A stretch of DNA of 54,827 nucleotides, filler included, from Bipalium vagum (taxonomy: Eukaryota), in the NCBI GenBank assembly GCA_037834085.1. It is 2 parts of 2 records of this genome, joined end to end, with 100 filler letters (N's around TTAATTAATTAA, not from the genome) between each part and the next. Parts side by side here need not be neighbours in the genome. Positions count along the whole stretch, not along the records: positions 1 to 31,898 come from JBBMKC010244801.1; 1 more part is not named here. One strand, given 5' to 3'. The notes under the pieces are model-generated. The model saw nothing but the letters and a program-made list of their open reading frames with translations. It made no database searches and was not told the DNA's origin. A program made the position numbers and the translations under genes. This document shows positions 1-15,250 of this stretch, one piece after another. Every line of letters begins with the position of its first letter. Position 1 is the first letter of the stretch.

Positions 1-580
1 ATAAGAATAATAAGAAGAATAAGAATAATAATAATAATAAAAATAATAATAATAAAATAATATGACATTTTATAACTAATAAAATTAATATAATTTAATT
101 GTAATTTTTTTAGCATTTTGGATTGGATGGTGGAATTAAATTTTTAATAATAAAGCAATTCTTTCATAAGTCAAGATGAGGATTGTTAATCTTTGCTTAT
201 TTTGGATTATTTTCATTTGATTCTGTATACTGAAATTCATTTGATCATTGAGGGGCTTTAATAAGTAATTCATATATAAAAAATCAAATTGACAGATAAG
301 CACAAAATTTTATTATTTTTATGATTATTTTCCAATATATGAATGAAAATTTCCCTGTTTATTAAATATCTTTCATAAAAATATTCAATGTGTTTTTTTT
401 ATCTAAATTCAGTTAGTGTTTACAAATCATTAAAATCGATGACTCTATATTTATAATATGAAAAAGAAAAAAATCACCCATTTATAAAAACTTTTTGATC
501 TGAGAAATTCATTTATAATATTATATCAATCTCTGAGATTTACAACGGTATAAGTTTACTCGTTTTGTTTGAATATATAT

Positions 581-1402
581 GGTTGTATCAAAAGAATTAG
601 ATTATATCAAAAAATACAATAATATGAAGAAATAACTACATAATTTATTATTTTTAAAAATAAGAAACGTTATTATGTACATATGTACAAACGCAAATTG
701 AATTACACATTCATAATATAGCCAAACACTGATCATTAGTTTTTACCAACTTGATTTTTTAGAACAATTGTTGCAGGAGAATGTTCATGTTAAATCCAAT
801 ATTTATTTCTCCATGGATTAATAAAATAGATCACTTTTCATCTACAGTAATAATGCTACGCCAAATTTCCATATTTTTTTACGAATTTCCAAGCGCCTTT
901 AAGTTTGAGATTTGGATAACATTCAGATCTAATCTAGGTGGCTTATTATTGTATCCAAAATTTTTCAGGTGTCTATTAATGGTGTCTTTAGATTGTTTAA
1001 TTTTCGTAGATAAATCGAATATGGAGGCATGTGGGTAATTAATTATTCTTGTACAATCCCTTCATTTATCACAGAGGGTCTTCCTGGGCGAGATTTATCT
1101 TCGAGACAAATATGTCCGTTTAGAGACTTTTTGAACTAATCTGAAACAGTGCCGTATACAAGGTAAATTTCCCCTTCAAAATCACACTAGTCATTGTGGT
1201 GACAGCGATAGTAAATACATTTTTTAATAATAATTCCTGTGTATTCATTTTAATATAATTATGCATTTAAATCAATACACTGATATATTTATTTAAACAA
1301 AACTCAGATATATATAGTTTGATAGTAAAATATCAATGATATCAATTTTTTAAGAATTTTTATTAAGATATATCAAAAATCGCGGAAACTTTTGATACAA
1401 CA
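581..1402 (-). mobile_element. Internally deleted mariner relic with both TIRs partly visible
   Basis: gttgtatcaaaag (582-594) is inverted at cttttgatacaac (1389-1401). The minus strand gives GHICLEDKSRPGRP (mariner linker) and IITVDEK* (first catalytic D motif). Confidence 0.75.
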
Positions 1403-1559
1403 TAATATTTGAAAAATGTCTGAAAAAATGCCATTGAATTTGTTAGCAACGTGTTGATGTAAATATTGATCTTTGTCAAAAGATAAAGAGTAAAAGGCAA
1501 ATAAAATAATTCTATGTACATAGTATATATTTTTATATTCAGTAATCTAGAGGTACATC

Positions 1560-2112
1560 ATTCTTGACAGAATATTCCAAAAGACGAGAATAAACTCAGA
1601 ATATAATAATTTCATCTAACATAACCATCTAAGATTAATATGATCTAAAAATGAAAGACACCATAGTATATGAAAGAATAAAATAATTTTTAATCAACAT
1701 AGTATTGATAATCAACTGAGAAACTATTTATTATCTGGAAAGACTTGGTCATCCATAGCCTTCCAGATTTTTGAGCATTCTACAAATCATAGTTTCCCGA
1801 ATTAAAATTTGAAAACCTTTGGACCTTCCTATCAACTAACAATTTCTAAAAAAAACAGCATTGATCTTCCGCATAACTTCTATTCATGAATAGCCATTAT
1901 CAAATTCATATAGCATGCAATTTTTTAAGTGTTCCTCTGATCGTCTAAGTTCTTCCATTTTTAAATTAACTGCAGATATTTAAAATAAATCCTTATTTAA
2001 ACAAATACAAATTTATTAATATTTAATAAAATAATGTAAGTTTATTGACTAATTTTACTTGACTTTTTAATAAATTACTCATGAAAGGGATATTACTTTT
2101 CGGTTGACCTAA
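1560..2112 (-). mobile_element. Mariner 5' fragment
   Basis: TA+TTAGGTCAACCGAAAAG terminus at 2112; N-terminus MEELRRSEEHLKNCMLYEFDNG. Confidence 0.7.
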
Positions 2113-4009
2113 TAAATATTTATATTTATATATAATACCAACTACTTTAATGTTTTTTAAAACTTAAAAATTCACTTTATAATCAAAAAGAGATGAATGA
2201 ATTATAAATCTTTTTATAAAATTTCCAAAAACACATTTTATGTATGAGTAATAATTTTATTAGTTTTACATTAAAAACCAATAAATGTCCAGTATTCATT
2301 AAAATATTTAAGTTAGACTAAATTTTCTATTATTAATATTAACAACAAATTTTGTTAATAATAAATAGATATATTTAAATATTTAGCAATGATACAAAAA
2401 ATTATTTAAAATATTAGGAAAAAGGTTAAATGACAATTTTTCTAAGAAAACTGGAATTTGTATTTTTTATTTATCGATTTTATAACATTTAATCTTAAAT
2501 AATTTTTTGGGGGGAAAGAATTATCATTAAATATTTAAAATCATTTAAAATGCTAAAATATTGAATGATGTGATTGTGATGTTTCCAATTATTCTGATTA
2601 GACAAGGAATGATCAAAACATTCGTGATTGTGAAGTATTCTTGAAATAATTCTTCATTTCCTGTTACATTCTCAATAAATTAAAAAATCTGTTAGACCTC
2701 AGGAATGTGTCGAAAGATTAGCTCTTTTGAATGAGCGAATGATTTTATATAATTATTGGAATTCGTGAATATTTCATAATTTTAAATTTTATTTTCATTA
2801 TATTTTTCTTTCGGGCGGTTAATTGAAGAATATTTTTACTTGAGTTAGGTTTTATAACATTTCAACTTCTTTTTCCACTGTTTATTCACTAAAAGATTTA
2901 TAAAAAAAATTGTGATTTTTAAATTTTATATTTTTAAAAACTTTTTATTTTTAAAATATATTTTATAATTTTATATTTATATTTTTCTTTTCTTACAGGT
3001 AATGAAATAATAATGTTACTTGATTTGAGTTTAATATCAATTTAAGTTCTTTTTCGACCGTTCATTCATTGATATTTTTTTACATAAAAAATAGAGATTT
3101 TTAAATTTTCCAAGAATTTTTAATTTTGGTGTACGTAATATATTTGTGCAGATTTGACTGAGACTTCTTAAAAAATTCATAGATTAAAATTATTTATTTA
3201 TTATATTTGTAAAGTGAATATATTTAATGAAATGATAGAACAGACTTTCTTTTGAAAATATTGAAAATAATTTATATTCTAAATCAGTTTAATTTTGTTC
3301 CTTTTCAATTTAGTAAAGTATTTAATTAATTATTATTATTATTATTATTTATAATTTTTATTTATAATAATAATTATTATTTATTATTATTACTTATAAT
3401 AATAATTTATTTACTATTAATAATTATTGTTATTATTATTATGTTTTTCTTATTCAAACTTTCATTTTAATGAAGAAGTTATTTAATAAATACAAAATAA
3501 TAACTAATAACTTTCAAATGTAAATAAAGAAAAATTTACATAACTTTTTATTTGAATGTGAAAGCATTTTTATGTTATTCAAACATAAAGGTTCTTCAAT
3601 ACATTTCTGGTGCATTTTTCAATTTTTATCTTTTCTATTTCACTGTTATTTCTGTTCCAATCTCAAAACATTTACGTCTTTTAGACCACAGAAATCTGTA
3701 AAAAAGATGATATCGAATCATTCTATGACATTAACAGAAATAAATATGTCGATAATCAAATAAATATAAGTTAGGTGATATATATATATCTAGGTTTCAT
3801 TGGTCTCAAGGCTCCACAAAAAGCCGGGATAAAAGATTGACTTAAGGTGAACATTATGGTTATTCTTCTTTTATAATTAGATAATTTAACAAGAAAAAAA
3901 ATTATAAAAAAATTTTGTAAAGTAATTTAGTCAGGTTTTGCAACATCCTTGGATTAGAAAATAAAAAATAAAATATAATTTCTACAATTTTTTTAGTTGT
4001 TTTAGATTT

Positions 4010-4302
4010 CTTATACGAAAAGCACGGCACAGGACATTTTTACCATAAGCTCTGTCAAAAATCAATAGGCTTTTGCTGCTGATTTCTTTAAATTGTAGAA
4101 AAATAATCATGATTCCCGCAAATTATGTTTTCTTGGTCTATGAAAAAAAAGCCATTGTATCAATTAAAACAAATATTAACTATTGATATCTTATAGATTG
4201 ATTAAAATATTACTTTTCAGTTTTATTTTAATGACAAATACACGATATTTATAATAATAACTAATCTATTGCAAAACGATGGGAACTAATTCCCGTGCCT
4301 AA
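4010..4302 (-). mobile_element. Mariner 5' fragment, Mos1-like N-terminus
   Basis: TA+TTAGGCACGGGAATTAGTTCCCATC terminus; frameshifted PRKHNLRE..KKSAAKAY..RAYG. Confidence 0.65.
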
Positions 4303-5589
4303 TATTATTGTTTCATTCTCATTATCAGCTATTATTTAAAATTAAATTTTCTGTAATTGAGAAAATTTCCTGAAAAGTCTCAGTTGAATTTACGTCGAGT
4401 TATTATAACTAGGACCATGAAATGAAGGAAGTTTTAGAGAATTAACTCAATTTTCATAATTCTTCATATGTAATAATACTTAACTAGTCTATTTATCTAA
4501 ATTATGTATAATTAAAAAATTCTCTAATTACCTTTAATTATTTTTCTCATTTAGTGATATAGTGATTTTAGAATCTGCTAAATTTACAGTCTTCGAAAAA
4601 AATTGTAAATAATTAAATTATTTTCCAAATTAGTTATTATAATTTAATTATTTTTAATAATTAATTATTTATCAAAACTGGTAAATGAAAATAAATTTAT
4701 ATCAATTTAAAAATAAATAATATTTATCTTACTAAATTTTATTGAAGTTCCCTTTTATTTACTTATATAGTTAAGATTTTTTTCATAATTTATTTAATAA
4801 ATAACGAAAATAGAGATGAAAGACAAAAATAAAAATGGTTGAATAAAATTTTTATAATTAAATTTAATAATTTGTAGGGGGTGTTACAAACAGTACATAC
4901 CCAACACTTCCGAGCACCAATCAACGCAGAACGTTGAGACATATTCACAACAACGCTAAAGGAGCACAAAGTCTGGTGACAAATACTAACGGAATTTTCT
5001 ATTCTTCATACCTTGAACGTCATCAGCTTCAATAAACCAATTCGGCTGCCCAAAATAGCAAAGGCCACAATTATATGTTAACGGCTTTGATAGGTTGCAG
5101 AGAAATGACTCCATAGAGCACCAAACTTTTTAAATTTTCTGAATTTAAACAACTTTTAAATGCGGAAGTTAAATCAAATTTCAACCAATATTTGTTCATA
5201 TAATTTATCTGATTCTATTTTTTATGTTTCTACTATATATTTCGTCAATGATAATTAATTTAATAATGGAAATATACCTCTTAAATGTTTTTAAATAATG
5301 CTAAAAAGTTCTTTTAAAAATTTATATTATTTTATTCTTTACAATTTATAAAAATAAAATATTTTCACAAATCAAAAAATGTTTCACTTATTTTTAAAAA
5401 AATAGTTGATTGTATAAAATTTAAAACACCGTCGAAAGTTCAATTTTGCATGGATGATTTAATTGATATATTTTAATCGGCTGACTTCAATTAATTAGAC
5501 TTCTAACATGAATATAAGTGTTAAATTAACAGCAATATTGTTGAGTAATGAATATTCTCTGGAAACTTTAAAAATAATAGTCAATAAAA

Positions 5590-5710
5590 TAAAAAAATAA
5601 TAATAATAAAAGTAATAATAGTAATAATAAAAAATATTGAAAATACTAAAAAAACAAAAGTATTAAAAATAATAAAAGTGATAAAGATAATAAAAACAGT
5701 AAAAATATTA

Positions 5711-5746
<36 letters not shown>

Positions 5747-5790
5747 TTAATAATGATAATAATAATAATGATATATGAAAAATAATAATC
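5590..5790. repeat. Degenerate AAT-rich microsatellite tract
   Basis: Imperfect (AAT)n. Similar tracts at 1-60, 3325-3440 and 12215-12285. Confidence 0.85.
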
Positions 5791-6959
5791 ACTTAAATAT
5801 CACTTTATTTAGTGATTATTAAAATCTATAATGCAAATTTTAATATTTATAATAAAATTGATTTTTTCTCTTTAATAATAGATGATTTTAAATAAAATTA
5901 TAAATATAAACCTAATGTGTAAATAAAATATAAAATAAAATTTTTATTAAAATCTATTATTTAATTTCAATCAATTATATCAATATGATAAAAATTTTAA
6001 TAAAATATAATCCATAATTAAAAGTTTTTAGAAAATATTGAAAAAAAACAGGATTCGACTCCATATAGTTTTCTTAAGAAATACCTTCTACAGGCTCCCA
6101 TTAATTTCAATAAAAAGTAAAACGAAGGCCATTGTTTAACTTCGAAAATTAAGAAATTGGAAAAAAAAATATTATTTATTAATTTTATTTGTTTTTGTCA
6201 TTATTTTACATTTTGAAACAGATTCCAATTCTCATAATTATGATGAAAAAATAAAAAGGGGAAATTCCATAATGATTTTATGTGAAAAAATTACAAGCTC
6301 TAATGAACGGTATATAAAATTATCATATAATTTCCTATTTAAAAGAAATGGGGAAATATTTTCCGAAATGTAATGGAAAAATAAAATCACCAATAATCTA
6401 ATATTTGCATCATTTATTGTGGGATTTTTCCAGAGACAGTGGAATTGAAAAATTATTACGATATTGAGTACCTGAGGAAATTTTTGATTGACTTGCGAAA
6501 TTTTTCATAGTGATTTCTAGAGGCTACAATAAGATATTGTTATTAATGAATCTGCATTTTACAAAATGCGTTAGGGATCCACATCTCTCGTATTACGGTT
6601 TCGTACAAACTTTTGTCAGTCTATTTAAAAAGGCGAAAAATGAGATTTATTTCAATATGAAAAAAATTATTATTATTTATAGCTTTTCTCAAATATTCTC
6701 AGTTATTAAAATATTATTAATGAATTGTAATAATTGAATGACAATTTTTTTGTCAAAATGTGATATTAAATATAAAATATTTCAGATTATATTTTTTAAT
6801 AAAATATTATATTATTATTACGGTTTTATGAGGTTTTAAAAAAATTTAATACCATAAATATAATGATAATAATAATGATAATAGTTATTATTATTATTAT
6901 TAAGATTATTTTTTGTCATATTAAAAAAATTATATTATAAATATTCATAGTATTTATAC

Positions 6960-8000
6960 TGTTTGCAGATAATTTAATACTGGATTGATGCATAATGCTT
7001 GATGATCTTGGTTTATAACACTTATATTTAACAAAATATTCTCCATTCTGGTTAATTAATCTTTGTCATTTGTCTGACAGTTGAAAAATTCCTCTTCGGT
7101 AGAAATACATAGGCTCTTTAGAAATAAATCATCCAAGTGCTTTATGATGGCCTTCAATGAATCAAACTTTCTATCGATTAATGGATTTTGGAAGGATAAG
7201 AATAAATAATAATCAAAGGGATAAGGTTAGATAAGTATGGGGTGGAATCATAATATTCTGGTCTCATCTAGAATTCTGTGCTGAGCAATCATTGAAACGT
7301 ACGATTTGGCTTATCATTATGTAAAAAAACGCCTTTCATGAGATCAAGAATAACTGTTTGGTATCGATATTTACTTAAATATGTGCTAGATGATTACAAT
7401 TATTTCTTGGAATTGATGTCTTGATTGAGTGGTAGCAATTCATAATGGATGATTCCTTCATAATCACAGACAGTAATACTAATCGTGGATGAAGTCAAGC
7501 CTTTCAGTTTTACTTGTGTTATAGAACTAGCCGATTCTTCGTTTAAAGAAATTCACAAGTTTTGAAGAAAAATATTCTGTAAAGCAGTTTAGCAAGAAAT
7601 ATCATAGTCAATGAAAAATTATCAAACAAAATTTTCCATTATATATTTTTTTCAAAATAGAGGTTTACAATTGATGACTTTGTTAATCCACTCTATGTTA
7701 TAAGCTATGCCATCAGGTTTTGAACAAGATTTCTCATTCATAATAATGTTACTGTTTCATAAAACAAATGTGAGATTATTTAATCATTAAATAGTAAATA
7801 TTGACAAAAATAAATTTCTAAAACCAAACATTTGTTTTACCATTAAATCTTACCAGTCTGCAACATCTACTTTTTGCAAATTGCAATTATTATCACAAAA
7901 TACTTTTATGTGTTGATTTAAGAAGTAAGTCAGATTTTATATTGTTTGTACTTCTCGTCCGTGTTCCACGGCTCTGTATACGATGGGCATTCTTTGTATA
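6960..8000 (-). mobile_element. Highly degenerate mariner transposase pseudogene
   Basis: Frameshifted fragments GVFLHNDKPN and PFDYYLFLSFQN resemble the LLHDNARPH and PSDYYLF motifs. Confidence 0.6.
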
Positions 8001-9575
8001 CAGTGCCTACAAAAGTGATACATAAATGTCTGCTTGCTTTGACTTTATTTATTCAATCCTAAAGTAATTATTTATTGCAAATCCAATAAAATATATTGTA
8101 ATTGGTTCTGTATTTTCGTTAAGGCCTGACTATAAAATCTTTTTAGCATTTAATAAAATAAATAAATAATAATAAATAAACCAAAATCTATACTTTGTAA
8201 ATTGGTGTTCGAAATCAATCAATGATATCTAGTCCAACAAGCAGATAATTTAACTTTACTATGATCAAAATACATTATATAAATAAATAAAAAATATATA
8301 ATATATTGTGCTATAAATGTGAAAATATTTTGAAAATAAAAATCATGTTAAATAATTCCTGGAAAAATATTTCCAACATTGCATGTTTTATGAAAATTAT
8401 ATCATTTTTGTCTAAATAAATCTCTAAATAAATAAGAAAAATTCTAAATGAAATAATGTTATGATTAATATTTCTTTATTTTTCTTGCAAAATAATATCA
8501 ATAAATAAATGATATTTAGTTAAGGAAACGAAACAAATATGAAACGAAAATATATAAACCATTTAACTATAAAATAATAATAAAAATATTTTTATTTTAA
8601 GATATATAAAGATAGTGGGTGGATTTAAATGAAAAAGAGACACCTCAGTTCTTGAACTTAATTGTAATTTTCCAAATCAATTTTTAGATTTCCTAGAACT
8701 AGGTATGATGAAAAGTTTTACAATTAATCAATACTCAAATTATTTTTAGACTTTACAAATATAATATTACAATAATAATTACAATAATACAATAAATCCA
8801 AAACTATTAATACTATTCGATCATAGCAAATGTTCTGAACCGACTTGAAACAATTTATGCTTGTGCGCAGCCAAGCGTTAAAATATATTTTTGTATCCAA
8901 CAAGCTTAAGATCAGTATATTAATTTAACATAACATTTAATATTTAATATTTAATACAATAATTAAGAATAATAATAGTAATAATAAAAATAACAGTAAC
9001 AATTGTAAATTAATTAATTCTTTAATAAATATTAATCATAATTAAAAAAAACTATTTAAGTTACTAAAAGTGAATATGAAATTGCAGCTACTAATTATTA
9101 TAATGATTATATTATTAATTATAATAAACACAAACGTTACTAAAATAAATTACTTGGTAAGTATTTTTATTTGAAAAATAGGCATATAAAGACAAGCCTT
9201 AAAATAACAAAAATATTTCGGAAAAGAGTTATGATCAAAACTACTAAACAACTCCATAAATTAATTACTTTTATAATCTTTTGTTAATGCCTAGGGATAA
9301 TAGATGCTTTCACGATCTTGGTTTCGAATGTGTTAGGTTTTTCTCGTTTTCATTAAAGTTTAAATTAGCTCTTTTTGCTTTATTACGAATTGATCTTGGC
9401 GTTATAATACTGAAATATCTCATTATTAGATAGTCGTGTGGTATTATTTAGCATTGTATAACCACATTAATTGAAATAATTTATAAGCGCATTATTTAAA
9501 ATAATATTTAAAGATGCTTTTACATAAAATTAATGTATTCTTATATTATTTATTAAAATTTCTTATGTTTGGAGA

Positions 9576-10365
9576 TGATGATAAAGGTCTGTTTGTTGTA
9601 TGACTTTAAGTGTGGATTAAATGCCAAACAGTCTTGTGAACAGTTATATATGGCAATAATCTAACATATTAGTTTAAGTACATGTGAAAAATGGCTTATG
9701 AAGTTTCGGGACAAAAATTTCGTAAAACAAGACAACCTAAGATCGGGCCGATTATACAGACGGACATTGACGATCTAAATAGACTAGTGGAAGAGAATCA
9801 TTGTCGTACAACACGGGAATTGACAAAACTCACATACACCTCTCAAGCAAGTGCTCATCACCATTTAATTCAAATGGGAAAAACTTCTAAATGCGAAAAA
9901 TGGATCCCACATGCTCTAGATGAACAGTAACTTTTGAATCGGGTGACAGTTTGAAAGTCTTTGCTCACTCGCCATGGTCTAGACCCATGTCTGCTAAGAG
10001 TTGTGTGCTGTGATGAAAAATGAATTTTATATGTCAATGCTGAGCGTAGAAAGCAGTGGCTAGATTCTAGTGAAGAAAAAATCCCAATGGCTAAACCAGG
10101 TCTTCAATTCGAAGAAAGATCTTCTCTATGTGTAGTGGAATATGAATGGAATAATATATTTGTGGAGCTCCTAAATATGTGTGAAATCATCACTAGTGAA
10201 ATCTATTGTCGACAATTGAGTGAACTATGTGAAAATTTGAAACTTACCAGACCATCTTTGCACAATTGACAAAGTGTTATTTTTCAACAAGATAATGCAA
10301 AACCGCACACATTGAAAATGACCATGCAGAAAATAAAAGAGCTTAGCTGGAAACCCATCATATAG
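9576..10365 (+). mobile_element. Mariner transposase pseudogene, 3' truncated
   Basis: IKVCLLYDFKCG, KWIPHAL (WVPHEL motif), VVCCDEK*ILY, VIFQQDNAKPH. Confidence 0.88.
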
Positions 10366-10732
10366 TTCAGATATTCCGTTCATTACACCATTTCTTAAGG
10401 ATGGGCATAATATTATCAAGTAGGATATTATTGTTTTTATAAAATAATTTTTTGTTCTGTACATCTTTTCCGTAAAGACTTATGACTCATAAGTTATGAA
10501 ACGACATAATATTTATAATATTTTATTTTCTATGTTTTATCTTACTATTTTTAGATTTTTATAAGAAATTTTTATTATACCTTTTTTATGATAAACTAAT
10601 ATTAAAATTTCTCTATAATAATCATAATTAGTAACTTGACGTTGCTATTTATTTTATTATCTAATTAATCATCAAAATCATTATTGTTTTTAATAAATAT
10701 AAAAATGGGAGAGAGACCGAAACATATGATAA

Positions 10733-11197
10733 TCAGAAGGAGCGACAGACTTCTCTTTGGGTGCTTGTACTAGGCTGCTGCTCTACTAAGACACAAAACT
10801 CTTCCTTGTTCACCTCCCATGGTCGACCTGAACGTTCCTGATCTCCAAGACCGGTATCTCCCTGATTAAAGCGACGAAACCACCACTGAGCCGTATTTTC
10901 CTTGAGCACATCCTTGTCTTCCACATCGCAAATTTTCGAATCACAGCTGCAGCTGATAGACTATTCTTCCAAAAATGACATAATAAGATCCGAATTACTG
11001 CTTTTTCTTCAATCATTATAACCGTAAAAATAAGTGAATAGAATTTTATAAATTTTAAAATTACAATTACAATTTAAAAATGTAATTACATTCTTTAAAT
11101 AATACCAAATTTTTCATATAAATATTATAATTAAATGATATGGTTAAACAAGAGCTTTAAATAACTAAAAGCATGACTAACTTTTGACTCAACCTGA
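10733..11197 (-). mobile_element. Mariner 5' fragment (TIR plus HTH region)
   Basis: TA+TCAGGTTGAGTCAAAAGTTAG terminus; two overlapping frames give IRILLCHFWKNSLSAAA and TAQWWFRRFNQGDTGLGDQERSGRP. Confidence 0.85.
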
Positions 11198-13079
11198 TAC
11201 ACTAAAAAAAATTTCATATTATCCCGTTTCCGTCTTTATTATAAAAGTTTTGTTATTCCTAGTCTTGTATTTAAAATTGTCTTCATTCGTGTTCTATTTT
11301 ATAAATTTATTTTAATGCAAATTAACTGAAATCCATCTTGAAAATTATTATATATAATAATTTTTACATAAATGATACTTAAAAAAACTATTGATGAAAA
11401 AATAGATATCTAAAAAAATATGATAATCAATATTATTTAATTATAAATAAATAATTCATGTTTTATCGGAAATTATAAAAAATTTAATAAAATTCATTTT
11501 AATTGATCAATCAATTGCAACTATATAATATATAAAATTATTTTTATAAATATGTAGATTTGAGGCATTTTAGATAAATTAGAATTAGTAGGGATCCTTG
11601 TAGTTTAAATTATGATTAATATCATTCATATTCTGTCATTTTGCCATTATTTAATTATGTTAATTGAAAATAATTCGAACTATTTAAAGAAAAATAATTT
11701 TCAAATTCATGATTTCTTTATTTCCTAACATTATATATAAACATAAAAAGTCGAATTTAAATAAATATGAAATTTAATTCAATTTTTTTATTGATATTAA
11801 AAAATATGAAAATTAATTTTATTTCTTTTATGAAATAATTTATAAATATTCGTTAAATATTACAATTTAAAACAAATCGATTCTTTGTTAAAATATTAGT
11901 TTTATTGATTGATAGTTCAATAGTATTCCGATAACTGATTGATTTTATTATTTATGAAATATTTTATTTGATAATTTTTTGTAATTATATTTTTAAATAA
12001 TTCAATTTTTAGAATTACAAATACAAATATATATTAAAATTTATAATAAAATTAAATATTTATTTGAGCCACAAATATATATTTGAGTATATTTTAACAA
12101 TTTAATATAATAGGAATTTTTTCAAAAAATAATAGTTTTTTATTACACTATTTTCAGTCACTTATAACTTATACATATAATTATTTTTAATTATAATGAA
12201 AATAATGACAAGGATAATAAAAATAAAAAAATAATAATAATAAAAAAAAAAAAAAATAATAATAATAATAATAATAATAATAATTTTTACTTACTGCAAC
12301 GTTATTTAAACTTTCGAAATATTCAAGATTCAGTAAAATATTTACTAGATAAAAATAGTTGAATAGTTGAATAATATACAAATTAATTATTTAATTAATT
12401 TAAGTATTTTCTTTTTATTATTTAAATATTATTTAAATCATTTATTTTATATTAAGGAATACATTTTAATATACCATTTTAAGATATTCATAAATTATTT
12501 TTAATTATTTAATATTAATTAAATTTATCGATAAAATAATTAAAATAATCATAAAATAATAATAATTAAAAATCAAATTATAAATTTTCTGTATCCTGCT
12601 TCGACAATAGTTTATGAGTGTTTTTAGGTTTTTATATATAAACGTGTGTAAATTATAAACAAATTTCATATTAATTATTAATTTAATAAGAATAAGTAAG
12701 ACTGAAAAAATGACACTTATAATTAATATTCATTATACTGTTGTGGCTCTATTTCAATTTTACTTACATATATATAAAATTATATATATATAAAATTTGT
12801 TTCTCATCAAACTGCATATTAGGTCAAAAAAATTATATTATATTCTTAAAATGAGTCTAAGTATAAATATTAAAATTTTTGTTAATCAATAATTTGTATG
12901 ATAAATACATTATATGTTGAATAAATATAAAACATAAGGTGAATGAAGAAACAAAGTTCTATTAAACTTTTCCTAGTGACCAAGGATATAAGTGTTAATA
13001 TTGTCGATATAAAAGAAGAGGTATTTTTTATTTTCTAATTTTGGTTAATATCGGCTATTTACGTCTTTATGAAATGTTT

Positions 13080-14208
13080 GGGTTATCAAATTGAAAGTTC
13101 GTTTTCTAAATAACATTTAATACCGTTGTTTTAATAGTTTATATATCGTCTATAATAAGCAAAACTTTAAAATTCAATTTAAAATCGAAGATTGATAAAG
13201 AATAAAGAATAATCAAAACATTTTTTTGTATTAAATTTAATTAACATATTTAGAAAAGAATGATAATTTCCCAAACGATGTTCAGATTCGGTTTTATATG
13301 GTGTATGAGTTTAAACTGAGATCAAGTGACACTGTTGCTACCAAAATATCAACAATATTTACGTTTAAATTCTACATGTTCGCAAATGCCAAAAATGGTT
13401 TGACCAGGTTCGCAATGGTGATCTCAGTTTGGAGAAAAACCATGGGGGTATCGATAATCTGTAGTGGTTTTTTTAATTTCCTAAAGGCTATTATTGAAAC
13501 AGATCCTAGAAAAACATTAGAAGAATTGTCTACTTTATTAAACTGTAGTGTCAGTATTGTATGGAGCCACATAAATGAAATAGACAAAATCAATAGGTGT
13601 GGTGTTTTGGTTCTTCATGATTTAACCCAAGAACAGAAGAATAATTATGTCCAAATATGTCACTCGTTATTCATTCAACATTTAAAGGAACCATTCTTCA
13701 AATGGATTGTAACTGGAGATGAATAATGGATAATGTGTGAGAATCCCCATAACAAAAATCAGTGGTTGCCTAAAGCCCAAACCAAAGTCCAAAGAAGGTT
13801 TAATTGAGTGTCCTCTGGGATTCAAATGAGTAATTTACTTGGAATTATGGGATCTGAGTAAAACAATAAATTCCTATGTATATTGTAAAAATCTTGAACG
13901 TTTGAGAAATTAATTGTGATACATCCTGCATTGATCAAAAGAAACAAAATATTTTTCGAATTAATATTTGTTGCGATCCTCACAGCATTTCCTTCGTGTC
14001 AAAATGTTTGACAGAGTTCATGATATCGAAACTGCCATGACTCAGTTCTATAATATATAAAGAAAAGCCCAGTTCCTGGTATGGCAATGGCATCGAAAGT
14101 TTGATCAAACGTTGAGAAGATGTAGAAAATATATACTTGATTGACTTCGTTTTGTTATTTGTATAAATAAATTTATATTTTCTAAAAAAACGAACTTTCA
14201 ATTTAATA
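13080..14208 (+). mobile_element. Near-full-length degenerate mariner
   Basis: ttgaaagttcgtttt (about 13091) is inverted at aaaacgaactttcaa (about 14187-14201). Peptides MVYEFKL, IETDPRKTLEELS, VLHDLTQEQK, IVTGDE*WI. Confidence 0.85.
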
Positions 14209-14629
14209 TTTAAATATTAGAAAATATTAATATATAATATTTCATTTATAATTCAACCAAACTAATAACATGACTTCATTATATTTATGATGCATTTTCT
14301 TTCTTTTTCCTGGATCTTTTGTTTCAATTACAATTACAGATTATTCTAAAATGTTAAAATGATGTTCTCTATCCAGATCAATTGTGGATTACCAATTTCA
14401 ACGTCTTTCTTTTAATTTGTTTCACATAATATCTTTGAAATCTCTAAGAATTTCTGTTAATTGTTTGCAGAAAAAGGGAGAGTGAAATATGACAAAAAGA
14501 AATATTTTTCTTTTTCAAATATTAAAAGAAATTACTTAAATGACTTAAACAAATGTATATCCTAAAAAGCAGTTAAAGAAATAAATAAAACAATAAAATA
14601 AATAAAAATATCATTTTCGATTAATTATC

Positions 14630-14981
14630 TCAAAGCATCGTTGTCCAGTTCTTCAGGATGACCCAACATCGATTGATCCTAAAGATTGAAAATATTTCTC
14701 CCGGGGCGACTGAACCAGATAAAGTATATTTCTGGTAGTTTCCAAAGCATTTCATCCCTTACGAAATTCAAAGAGCATCAAATTTCTAATGTGAGAGTCA
14801 AGTGAAGAAATTCTCTTAAAATTCATCTGTTAGTTGAAACAAAATTTTTAATGATTTTAAAACAAAGACCATGTCGATATTTATTGATTAATTTATGAAA
14901 TTATTAAGACTTATTAATGATATATTAACTAATTAGTTTCATTAATGAAATAAATTAACGGAAACATTTCAACTAACCTAA
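14630..14981 (-). mobile_element. Mariner 5' fragment
   Basis: TA+TTAGGTTAGTTGAAATGTTTCCG terminus; coding remnant is weak. Confidence 0.5.
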
Positions 14982-15250
14982 TATATTGACTAACTTATTT
15001 TAACTAATATTATTTATAAAACTAATATTTCTTAATTAATAGTTTAATACATTAAAAATATTCTCAACTATAGGTTTAAAGATCACAAAATTTCTTTAAA
15101 TATTCCTTTAAAGTATTTTTTGTCTTGAAAATTTTTAATCCTTATTATTTATTTATTTATCTTATTACCAATAAAATTATTCAATGACGTTTAATAAATA
15201 ATAATCATTTAAGTTAAATTTAAAAGTTATCCTATAATAAAACAGTACCT

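Noticed and set aside
2560-2760. Further faint mariner-like scraps, also near 21720-22020, 30190-30770, 32800-32990 and 50700-50880
   Set aside because: Only single weak motifs each, too degenerate to call individually.
12187-12381. Poly-Tyr/Phe ORF
   Set aside because: Translation of an AAT/poly-A microsatellite.
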